Source of the DNA: Phoronis australis
Taxonomy: Eukaryota; Animalia; Phoronida
DNA length: 64,000 nt
Reading direction: 5' to 3'
NCBI GenBank assembly: GCA_002633005.1
Contig: NMRA01000398.1
Coordinates: forward strand, 70,010 to 134,009
A program made the translations under genes and the position numbers. Each line of letters opens with the position of its first letter. Within the stretch, counting starts at the first letter, position 1. Positions 1-12,700 of the stretch are shown here, piece by piece. The notes below the pieces were generated by a model. That model did not search any database and was not told the origin of the DNA. It was given only the letters and a program-made list of their open reading frames with translations.

Positions 1-60
1 TATTGTATATAGACTCAGTTGACTAGCCTGTTGAAAACGTCAAAACAAAAATGGGCTCAC

Positions 61-707
61 CTAAAGCCCACTCAAATGCCGTTAATGGATTTTCGTCTTC
101 GCTATCAGTGAAATCACTCGCAGACCAAGATAATGTGACTTCAGTGTGCCCTACAGATGGCGTAAACGTCTGGCTCGTTGTCGGTGGAGTTTGATCTATG
201 ATGAATTTTCCAATAGCTTCAATAGATTCTAGGCCAACTTTGTTGATAGCCTTCACCATAACATACACTTGAGATGCTTGCCCGAATCCAGTGTGAAGCT
301 TCTTAAAGTGCGTTTTCATTTGGGTTGACTGATACCCAACAATGTCCGGTACAGCTTTCTTGTTGGCAGCAGATGCGAATCCTATTTCATAATCGCGTAT
401 TTGACTCTCAGATTCATTAAATTTCCATGAAAGCTCTAAAGTGTCTTTGTGGTGATAAATCGGTGTTTGTCCATTAGTTTTTATACCCAGAGGAACCTTG
501 TAACTGACGAATACTGGGGGTGTCGTGTCAACGATAACACCATCACTGCAAGATGGTACCGATGGCGTAATGGCGTTGTTAATGGCAATTACACTGACGA
601 AATAACGCGTTAGATTGGTTGTGAGTGCTCCTGTTGAGTTGGCAGTTGTCTTTGTTCCGTTAGCATAGAGTTCGTCGGTTGTCCAACATCGTTCAGCCAC
701 TGCGTAC
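61..707 (-). CDS. Gene A exon, FN3-like repeats (YAVAERCW...DTTPP...DQTPP...FEWALG)
   Basis: ORF 23..700; acceptor gcag, donor GTGAG; paralog of 60757-61403. Confidence 0.9.
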
Positions 708-3700
708 CTGCATCGATAAATAATTAAATCATATAACTAAATTTATGTATAACAAAACCAAAGTCGTTGCTAGTGCTCTGTTTTTAATTTCAGTGTTTTT
801 TTCGTTTTACAGTTATTGGTTTATTTCGGTGAATGATTAGAGTATCTTCAACAATATTTTTTATGAGAAAAAGCCTACATGTACCCTACTACTGATGTCC
901 TTAAGGAAATATTATAACTTGACTATTCCAAAAATGAGATTGGTGCATTAAGGAAGCACTGACTTGTAATATCGTATTCCACTTTCGTAGTCTGAAAATC
1001 CGAGCCACGATCCGACCACAGAGTTATCACTTTTGTAATCTACGTCTGTCTGTCCATGACTTCCGTCCCACACTGTGCCATTCATTGGAGGTGAGTTGTC
1101 CGCGTGAACCTTTAACTCAAACTTCTTGACTAGTCTTGCCTCATTTTCGACCTCAATCTCAAAAAAGTAGTCCCGGTTGTGCAAGCCAATGTGGGTATTT
1201 GCTGCGACTATCGGATTCAAGTCGAGGGCGTAAGTGGACATCTCACAAGGCCCAATGGATGGGCAGTAACACGGAGCTCCTCCTACAGGACATGGCTCCT
1301 GGAAAGCAAGCCCGAAAGGATATATTATTCCAATTTTAGTTGAGAAAAGATTTGCATAGTACAAATGGTGTTTGGCTTGTGGTGGGATTGCAGTAAACAT
1401 GTTTACTTGTTGGACTAGATGTGTACAGTGATACATTTACATTTATATCTGTCCATCCGTTCGCCTGCTTTTAGGCCTTTCGTTCATCGGCGTGTATGAA
1501 ATTCCCACGTGGTTCTATTTCAGCCATTCTTTTTTAATTCATTTTCTTTTCCAGCTGTGCTGTAATATGTAAGCTCACGTCTACCTGTTTTAGTTCAGTA
1601 ACGTATTAGTTCGACTAGAATTCCGTCTCTCTTTTTAATCTATTCGCTTTCCTGTATTTCCAGTATTGCAAATTGGAATTTTAATGGCTGTCTAATGATT
1701 AAAAAAACTAAGACAAGTTTCCAACTAGAATATCTACGGCGGTTCCGACCTTCAAGATCCAGAAATGGTAACACAAGCTCACACTTGAGATTTAGAAATG
1801 CACTCACGCCTGTTCCTTTATGTACAACAGGTATAGACCCTTCCCCGTGTTCGTTTGATCCACCAGTCGATACCCCTAAACGATAAGTGACTCTTCTTAC
1901 GCCGCTATGTGTATCCCATGTCTTAAACACGAGCGACATTGTGTGGAGCTCATGAGAGTCGTGGACGTACACTTGAGTATGACCGTCTTTCACAAGCCAC
2001 ATGTCCGTCAGCTCAGGAAGTGATGAGTCGAAGTGGATAATTCTACTATCAGATGTTTTGTTTCCCATTATATCAGTCGCCTGGATCCATACCTGAAGAA
2101 AATGGATAATAATCGAAACCTCCAGTCGCAAACAATATTGTGGAAATATTTTGTTAGCCATGAAGCAGCCAACCGATGAATACCTCTATCATTTTGTTTT
2201 CTAATTAATCCCCAGAACTGAAAATCAAAAGTTGACAGAACTACAACTATAAACGACGTTTTTATCCACCCAGGATTGTACGTACGCCCAATGGACGATT
2301 CGAAATTCACAAGATGGCGGTAGTATAACAAGTATCCTAATCGTATAAATGCATGGATTCCGGTAGACAACAAACACTCCGTGATAACTTGCTACTTTCG
2401 GCACTAATATTGTCTGACTGATTACGAGGAATGATTCGTAATTAACATCGGCAAACTGATGCCACAATGTAACGGTGCATGCGTGCGTTCCATAGCAAAA
2501 AACAACACTATATGTAATACACTAGGCGCGCTGTCGCATTTTAAACTAAGTACGTGACCCCATTTAAGCTTCCTTCACGAGATGCTTGCGTATGAGAAAC
2601 AAATAGCGGAGTTGCAACGGCGCCATATTGGAAATGGGTCAGAATGTTGCATTGTGGCTAAGCAGGTAAACAAGTACTGGGCAAGCGCGGGGGCGAACCG
2701 GCCACAGGGAGGTTATACGTGTTGTGTAACTGGCTGCTATAATACTAGTTAGCGAGATAAAGAATTTAGTTACTATCTGTTTCCCAAGGATCAAGAACTG
2801 CGTTAAACATGGGTCAGACACATTGGTAGAGCTGGTAGCAAAGGCCGACTTAGTGAATTCTTTCCGACGTCGTAGCATAAAGTAGCGCTCATTGCGAGGA
2901 CGGCAAGAAAACGTATCTTGGAAACTGTCCATCAATATTTCCTTTGAAGGAAACAGTAACAAATACTCCACGGCGGTTGGTAGTGAAAAAAAACTTGTTT
3001 TCGCTTGACCAGAACCAAGCCAACATGAGCAATTTTGCGGATAATGCTTCTGTACAGTCACCTGTTCTGGGTCGATTCACTTAACGTACGCACACTATAT
3101 GCATTAACGCGCTAAGATAAAGCGTGCAGAATATTATTATTTACTCTCAGAAAATTGTGTTGAAATCCCAGGGCGAAATCTCGCCGACAAATGCGTAGCT
3201 TCCGGTCTCGCAATCGTCGGTAGGGCTTGAATTCTTGAATAAGAATACAGCTTCGACTCAACAAATTACCTGAAATCCTCCTCAAATTTTCCAAATAGCG
3301 TCTCTAAGATTTTTAAGTTCTTGTGGAGTCTGGATCAACTGCAGATTAAGACCAAATCTGTGCTAGATTGTAGCCCGCAACAGGAGAACAATCTCTGGAG
3401 GAACACACATGTTGTTGTCACGTGACGTTTGTTTTGAAGTTTGTATGCGTGTGTGTGAGAGCATACAGTACAGCCACTGAACTATTAGACTCTCTCTGGT
3501 GTCTCTCCGGTCTAGCCACCCGTGACCGTAACCGGAGACAGACCGGAGAGTGAGGCGTGAATCAACTGTGACAGCTGGCGTGAGCCTAAGCGTGACTGTA
3601 CCCGGAGCTTACCGTGAGTTAGGCGTGAGTTTACCTGCATCGCAGAAGATAAAGTAATTGATTAAAATTACATCAGTAACTAGCAGTGATGTGTGTATTC

Positions 3701-6700
3701 TCATAGACTTTTGCTCATGTGAGGTTTATTTTTTTGAAATCGTCACGTGCAGTAAAAGACCAAAATTTCCGTCATAAATCTTAAGTAACTTCAGAAAACA
3801 AACCTGTGGACTTTACTTTTCACTTATATATAATTATTTGTTTTTATATAAACTAATAAAGAATCTTAACACGCGGCTACACGGAGGAATTATTCAATTG
3901 CCTTCACGATATGAAGTAGCATAGCATGTCAATTCTGAGCACATTGATCCCAAGTTCCGGCATCATGCGGAGAAAACTGATCATGCCCATGCATTTGACG
4001 AGTCAAACAGATGACCGCTATTATTATTTTAGTGAAGAAGTACCCCGGGGATACTGTGTACTCAGTCGGAATGCATGTACTACGGGGAGGGGGCTACAAA
4101 TAATTGAACTGCACTACGGATTCAGGACTTTTAAGTGAAAACATTTGCTTGCAGTAAGGGATGGGTATGTCAGAAGGGCGGCCTATTGAAATTTTCTGTA
4201 CGCCAGTGCGGTGCAAAAATTTACGGAGTGACACAATACTTCACAAGATGCGTAGGCTATTTTTAGGGCGAATTAACTATATCCACCTGTGACAAGTTTC
4301 AAGGAGTCCACAGCCATGTAAAGATGACTCTGGGCACAGGGTCGCGTTTATTCGTATTTATTAACCGTGGTTACTGTACATGTTTGTCGTTGATGGGACT
4401 GGCTCTTAAATCGTAAATTGAACTTGTACAAGACGAGCTGGAGGAAGACGTTTGTATGAACAACACGTGGAATTACAGAGTTAGTCGGAACCCAAGTGTG
4501 ATAGATGACCGCTTGCAAAGATACTCTATAATATACTACATGTATAGTGTCTTTGCAACTTGACCGAAACGACAAGCAATCAAGACGTTACATGTATTTT
4601 TACTGATTGGCCCGGTGCCTTGCCATGGTTACCACAGATACCGAAGGCGTGAAGAAAGCGTGAGGTAAGCGTGACGGAGGCGCGTAGAAAGTGTGAACGA
4701 GGCGTGAGGAAGGCGTTAACTAAACCGGAGGTAAGCGTGAGGACTACCCGGAGAGTAGGCGTGAGGCGCCCGTGACTGATTTCTGTCACGCTTGTGTTCC
4801 GGTTGAGCTCCGGTCTGGCCAGGCGTGAGGTAGCCCGGACGAAGTCTAAAAATTAAGTGGCTGTACTGTAGATTACTATAGTGTATGGTGAGAGTAAGCG
4901 TGCGCGTGCTTGTCATCAGAGTTCATTTGCCAGAGTAAATGAGATTTAATGCTCTAGGTGTATCCAAAGAAACTCAAACAGTCAAGCAGAGCGTGTTTTA
5001 ATATTTAGCTTAGCTCTTGCTGGCCTCATCTGCTAAAAACATTCGAGAATTGTTTCGGTAAGACCGATTTGTCAACCATTCAGTCGCCGGGTGAGTGGAT
5101 GCATAACCGTAGTGTAACAGCTATTTTCCGGAAGACTCCGGGTGTAAGGGTGCGAATGTGTTCACTATTAGTGGGTCATTTTGACTTTAAAAACAATTAT
5201 GATTAGTTAAAGAAATTCTTTTAAAAATAATGCAAAAGTTTTTAACGGTATTAGAAACTTTCGGAAAATAGTGCCATAACTTATTTCTAGCCGATGCTAT
5301 GATACCCGCTTCATGAGTAGATAGTTCCCGACTAAGTGTCTTCGATGATAGCCGGCACATTATGCAGCGCACGCTTCTTGGCCGCGTGCTAACACTGGTC
5401 GAGTTTTTTTATTAGTCTTCGATTCACGGTTTTCACGTGTAAAGAGAAGTTTGGATTCCTGTTGAGGCCGGAGAAGATCTGTACCGGAAAGAAACAATGC
5501 AATCCCGCTGACAAGTACGCTGCGTCTGTTTTCAAAGTTCGGACCCGCGTAGTGGGGCACATCCCTAACAAGAGCATCATAACTTTTGCGTTCTTTTTGA
5601 ATCGCAGCGTAATTTTGAAGTGTATACGAACATAACGGTGAGGCTCGTGGTCTAAAAATTCAGAACTGTAGGTAAGGCATTTTTCACATGTAGTTCATGG
5701 GCTGGGAGCTTACTTTAGCGAAGTCTGAAAACGCGTTGGGGCACTTATTGGGGCATGGGCGCTTATTAGGGCGAATAGCAGCAGAATTACATACAGCAAC
5801 GTAATTTCATGCACACAAATTCCACGTCGTGCAAACCAATCGGCCATTCCATATACCTTAATCAATCCCAATGGCCTTTGCGCACCCTAATTTCCGGACA
5901 TGCGCAATCGTTAAAACGATTCGGTTGCAACTCCGCTATTCATTGTAGTAATCAAACCTTGTGTGTGTCACCATCTTCCGGGGTGACTACGCTTGAACCA
6001 AGCGTAAGGGATTGTTGTAACCACGTGGTTACCGGGGTCCACGAAGAGGGCTCCGATGTTGTAGTAGACTTGGTCCCAATGGGAGTTAACTCTTCGATGT
6101 GATATTCGAATTTTAATATTCCTGAAACGTGTAACAGCACCCTCGTGATCAATAAAGCTGATGTTAATGTTCATGGTTTTTATCGATGTTTTTGTCGTTG
6201 CTGATTTTACAGTAGTGTTGCTTTCAAAGACAACACTATAAATGACGATATTTTACCACAGTGTTCAAAAATTATTGGTTCAAATTGTTGTCCGACATCT
6301 TTAAATACAATTTGATGAAACCCCCAAGAAATACCAAGTTCCACAGTTGGTTTACCTTCGACATTGTTCGTCCCAGCTCGTGGCAGATCACCAGATATTT
6401 GATCGTAGGGGTCAGTATAGTATGCTGTCTCTTTGTCAACTTGTCTTAGCGGCCCGTGCTGCCTGTGGTAGTCGTTGTAAAAGTAGTCCGTCCATGACAT
6501 CTGGCAAAACATAAACTACGACATTGAACGAAAGATTCGGACTCTTAATACACAGAGGATGGGAATAAAGAGTAATAAAGAATCAAACAAGAGTTGCAAA
6601 CGAAAACGTCTCGTTTTAATTCAGTGCTACCAACACGAAATCCAAAACGACCTGATTCAGCAAGAAGAACTCAAAGCGTTCAAATGCACCCACGACTTTC

Positions 6701-9700
6701 ACGCAAATAGTAAGCATCTGAGAAATTTCTCAGTATCATAACAATGACCACAAGATCGTGCAATACATGTCGATCGGTCCAAGAGTTCCTAACGCAAAAA
6801 ATTAAATTACTGCTACGAGGAAAAGCAGTAGTGTGGTAAGACCGGTGGAAGTATGTTACAGCGCTCCTTGTAATATATTTTCACAAAGATCCGGAAAGGG
6901 GTTGAGGAGACATAGTTGTAGCTGTAAAAACAAAATTATCATTAGGGGACGCCACGTTACTCTTGCTGTCATCAGTAACAGAACATCAGTCAATTTTCTT
7001 AATGATCCTTGTAGTAGTTTGACAGATAGAGAGGGTTGGCGCCAAGTGAGACTGAAAAATAATAAAATGGCCGGTATGTGGTGCAGACTACGTATAGTCC
7101 TGTAAAAACTACAAAGATATTTCCGTCTATTTTAATAGAAACCTATTTGTCAAGAATGTCATCGCATTCTGTCAATTAAATCTCAAGATACTGCGGTTAA
7201 CGTAAAATAGAAANGCGGTGGGGGGACTTAATGAGGACCGTCCAAAACTGCTCGTTCTATGATGCATAATTCATGGAAATACTTACTCGATTGCACAAAG
7301 ATCATATCAGGAGATTCACCTGCAGATTTAAAAACAAAATTGCTGCTAGGTGGCGCAACAGTTGTCGACTTTGTTCAAAAATCAAGATCAGACGTTGTAT
7401 TTTTATATAATTATTCATGTCATATCTTTTGAAGAAGGTGAAAAGAACTTTAAAGTAATAAAACGGCATAAAAGTTGTAGGGATTAGGGGATTATGTCAA
7501 ATCCATCCGAAGTCGACCACGCGTCGTCCTCTCCTGAACAAAGCGAGTGAACCTATGTAACGGATATCCGTCGAGGTCTTTTGAAGATGCACAGACAAAA
7601 AACAAAATCGCCTTTAGGGGGCATAGTGGTCATGTGATCCATTCGATCGTTGTAGACCACGTCTGTAACACTCTAGGAATACATCCGCCAACTTTCACGG
7701 GTCGTGAAATGCCCGGACGTTCAGACAGATTTGACTGCAATATTCACCCACTACATGCATGTACTGTATATGTGGACGCAAAAAATGGCGGCTAGCAACA
7801 TGCAAGCTGCTATTATAATTGACTTACTTGAATCGATCCTAAATTTGTCTGCCAAAGGTATCCCGTTTCCTGTGTTGCTGATGTAAAGCGTAAGTGCTTA
7901 GTGCTATCTGTAAGTAACTGTGAACTTGAATCGTACAAAACATACGATCTTGCCTGTCGGACATTCAAAGCATTGTCAACGACCGTCAGATCTATGGCGT
8001 AAAACTGAGGCTGAGCCGGAAGAGTGATTTGTTTTGACGTAGTAGAGCTGGGCAATGTAATAGGTCCAACGCGCTTAGCAGCAAACACCATACCAACCGT
8101 TGACGATGAGCTTTCAGAAATTTCATAAACGTTAATGATGTACTCCTTAAGCCCCGAAGGGTTTGTTCCGATGTCTTGCCAGCCCTGGAAGTCGAGATTG
8201 AGTGTTCCTGTTTTGCGAATTCTGTCACCAAACGTCATATATTCTGTTGGCGAATTGCAGTTGTTGGCACCAGTATCGCGGGAACAATGCGACCCTTTTG
8301 TAAAATCCATGCGCATGCAAACGGTTTTTGATCTCGGGACGTCGTTGTACTTTTGCGTTTGTTCGAACCTGTCGGTATTTGGGTCGCCGTAATGGGTGTA
8401 ACCACCAGCCACCACTTTATAATCAGCGCATAACCTGTTGTCGAGAGGAGCAAATGTCTAGAGGTTCAACGGATAAGTAACAACAATCTGGCAAGCGTGT
8501 TAGTACTTTTCTGTTGCCAAAATGTTTTTAAAAATGATCTACGCATGCCTGATCAACAGAAATGTGGAAAGAAAGCACACAGTAAGAGTATAGTATATGT
8601 ACACACACTAGAAAGATTAAAGCTACATTCACTGTGTGCATTGAAGTCATGATTGCTGAGTGCCATCAATATTATTGCAGGATCATTCAAGGGTAAAGCA
8701 ACCATTTTGATGTAACCCGTGGTCAAAATACAGAACGTTGTTCATATTGCAAAGACATTTTTATAATTACCAAAGAAACAATAGAATGTGGATTAGCACA
8801 AGGTTCGCACCTTCATTCTGTATCTACAGCCATTGAGCTATTGTTGCACTACTAGCCAAATATGCGCCAGGGAACGTGATGAACTGGTAAAAATACCTTT
8901 CCAAGATTACCAGTAAAGGTAACACAAAGATGGTTGCAATCCCTTTTTAGACACACGAAAAGGAAGGATGTATGATAGCTCTTAACTGGGAACCACGCTC
9001 AAAAAAACGTCGTCCACCGAAGACTGAGAATATAGTGGGCCACCAGCAGAAATTACATTGGTGGATAGAAAGACAGTTACGTAGTGTTTTGATTACTAAA
9101 TCATCTTTTATTTATATTGCCCAACTCTGCATATCTCTAGTACTGTGGATGCTACCTCTACGTTTGTACATGTGGTAAGTCAAGATGGCAGTCTGTTCAC
9201 TTCATTTTTCAGTGCCATTAATCCTCAACCATGAAAACTTCAGACTATATACATTGAGAATTGGCATACGACATCCTGAAGCTGAAACAATCATTGTGCA
9301 TTTAATAACTTCAAACTCAGAGGCTGTTGCCTACATACATCGTTCTACATGTGTTGAAATAATAAATTACGATTCAGAATATTTGTTCTAAAAGTTGTGT
9401 TCAAAGTACATTGTTCTTGGAGTTTGACAATATTGCGATGTCAGGAAACGTATGGGGAGCATATACAATACATCTGCATTGCTGTTCTGTTCAAGTGCGG
9501 AAAAGTTACCTGGCTATTTACCACCTCGAGAGAAATCAGATGCGGAACGTGCTGCATTACTTACTTGTCGCCGTCAACAAATGACGTATAGGAGAGAGAC
9601 TTGTCAATGTCACATCGTATTTGGTCCTTGGGCTGCCCAGTACCGTCGCCATAGGGACCTGAAGGATTACAGGAACCATCTCCTGGCATGTTATAGGTAG

Positions 9701-12700
9701 CAATGTCGTGGTTGGCACCTGCACGATATAACAAATAACTCTGATAGATCCTGTTTATGACTTCCTGACAGAAAACAAGAGCAACGCGGCTATGAGCGTA
9801 AAACAAATCAAAACTACCACTAGGAGGCGACTGACCCATCATCAAAAGTCCCCGTCACACTGAAAACATATACGCCAATTTTCAAATCCATCACTAGAAT
9901 GATTTGGTTGATCGAGGGGTGGAGGCCAAAAACAAGTTCTGAAAACAGCAAAAATGGCCACCAGGTGGCGCAAAATACCTCGATTCCATCCAAAAACAGG
10001 ATGATAGCGTCATCTCAGCAATAGATGCCAATATTGAAAATTTTATGAAAATCTGTTGAGGATCTTTGAAGATACAGACTGGTAAACGTAAAAACTAAAA
10101 TTGCCACTTTGGGGCACACAAGTAGTCAGATCCTTCCAAAAGTCGTCGTCGTCCATTGTCAACATCATATAAACACACTTGCTAAATTATGTAAAGATCC
10201 TGAAAATGGCTTAATAGAAACAGCCATGAGCGAAAAAAAACTGTCACTAGGGGGGCGACACTGTAGTCGAACTCGATGGAAAATCGTCGTCAGCCGTCCG
10301 CTTCATAGTGAAAACATACATGCAAATTTTCACAATTATCCTGGAAGTGGTTTGGTTGATAGACGAGTGGACGGCAAAATACAGACTCGAAAACAGTAAA
10401 AATGGCCACTAGGAGGCTCAAAGTAGGTCGAATCCATCTGAAAACGAAGAGATAGCGTCACCTCATTAACAGAAGTCTGTATGCCAAATTTTATGAAAAT
10501 ACGTTGAGGACCTTTGAACATACAAAGGTAAACGTAAAAAACAATAAAATTGCCACTAGGTGGCACACCAGTAGTCAGATCCGACTGAAAGTCGTCGTCC
10601 TCCGTTGTTAACATCGTAGAAATATAGTTACTAACGAACGGTTTAGGGAATACAGCCATAGGCACAAAAAAAAACTGACACTAGGAAGGGCCACAGTAGG
10701 TGAAGTCGTCGGAAAATCATCGTCAGCCGTCCTCTTTATAGTAAGAACATACATGCAAATTTTCACAATCATTCTTTGAGCGGTTTGGTTGATAGAGGGA
10801 TGGACGCAAAAACAGACTCGAAAACAGAAAAACTGGCCGCTAGGTGGCGCAAACTACGTCAAATCCATCCAAAAACGGGAGGATAGCGTCATCTCACTAA
10901 TAGGTGTCTATTTACCAAATTTTATGAAAAATCCGTTCAGGACTTTTGAAGATACAGAGGTAAACGTGAAAAACTAAAATTGCCATTAGGGGGAACACCG
11001 GCAATCGGATCCGTCCGAAAGTCCGCTCATGCCGTCCCATCCACGGAAGGAACACATGTGCGGCAAAATTTCATGAACATACGTTAAGGCGTTTTGGAGA
11101 TAGAGCAGCGGACGCCGGACGCCGGGCGGTCGCCGTACAGACGCCGGAGGGACGGACGGAGATGACGGCATAATGCGTCCATATATAAATATGTGGGCGC
11201 ATAAAAAGGACATGGGATATACAGTACCGCCGCCATGGGGACGAGAAGAGCAACAAGAACCCCTCACAGCCAGAGTGTAGGTGGCGCTGTTTACTTTATA
11301 AAACCTGTCAAACATCATTGTTAAAATTTCTTGCTTTGTGGTTTCATCAAGTTCCTCTGTGGATAAATGTTCGCACCTAACGTAGCAACTGACGTGGGGG
11401 ATAGAGTAGTTACCTATCGGCGACCGGTTTGTGTTTGAGGATCTAACATCTCTATTCCCTACTCTAGGTAACTATGCCAACTATGAATAATCACTCAGTA
11501 ACCACATTTCACCTTGAACTGAAGGCAAATATGGAAACAAACTTACCGGAGGGAACCTTGTAGAGTTTTACAGAACTCTTCGTAATGCCGTACTTGAAGT
11601 CTCTTACGTAAGCAAGTTTTGTGTAAGTCGGATGCTGGAAATTAGCCTCCAGGTCTAAATTGAGAGTGGCTGGTACAAACTTTATCCACTCATCACCTTC
11701 TGTGTAGCAGCTTGTGGAACCTGACACTGTGGGCTGACTCTGACGGCGTTCTCCACTTGAGCTGATGACAGTGAACTTGCACAAATCAATTTCCGGTTTG
11801 ATCGTAACTGAAAAATATGCGCTTCTCCGTGATGAAGTGTCGAAAACAGAATGCGCAGCCGGGAGCCTTAAACTATGTGCATGCAATTACGTGAAAATTC
11901 GTGAGCAGAGGTTTACCTTACAGTGTACCTGGACGTGTGCAACCCGGCGTAAGTTTGAGTTCCCAGGATATGATCTTGAATCAAGCTCGGAATTAAAACA
12001 GTCAAAAAGCAAGAATTAAGTTCAAATGTTTAAGTTTATTTGAAGCAGGACAGACAATGGGAAACTCAAGTATCTAGCAAGGTCTTTTTAAAGACCTATT
12101 AAAATAGGTCAATTTTGGGTCAGGTACTGAGATTAGACAGCAGGCAAAATGCTTATTTTACTGCCTTTCTGGCAGTAAAACATCAATAATTTTCACGTGT
12201 TATAAAAATCAGACCCACAATGCAACACCCTGGCCCATTTCCAATATGACACGGCTGCACCGCCGCTAGTCCAAGGTGCCTGCTTCGATCAATGAACATG
12301 AGGTAAGAAAATGCCCCACATACATAACAATGCATACGTTGCAAAGAATGGTTAAAGGTCAAAATTTCTATATAATGGAAAAGAGTTAGGTGTCTCGTAG
12401 TTTTCAAAGTAAATTGGACATACTTATTATACAGAATTCCTTTAGACTCTGTCACGTTTTGACGAAATTCTTGACACGATTCTTTTTCATTTTAGTCAAA
12501 CATTTGTAAATAAAAAATGACATTTTTAACGAACTGTATTTAGGGTTGAAGATGAAGTTGTTGCGCCTAGCCGCCAATTGTTTAAATGTGAAAGGACTTG
12601 TAAAGCACATTTTTGTGATTTTTACAACGTTCGGGGAGCCACACCCTTTGAGATTTTATCTAGAATTTACCAGATCTAAAAGGTGTTCTAGTCGAAAAGA

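Noticed and set aside
5187-5580. Faint THAP-like wording in short ORFs
   Set aside because: Zinc ligands cannot be placed in one frame; too degenerate to call
9800-11000. Regularly spaced repeats resembling a CRISPR array
   Set aside because: Whole ~145-bp units repeat with no unique spacers, there are no cas genes, and the context is a eukaryotic intron
11929-11975. Possible extra exon (IISWELKLTPGCTRP)
   Set aside because: Acceptor is not conserved in the second copy, and the flanking exons already splice in frame
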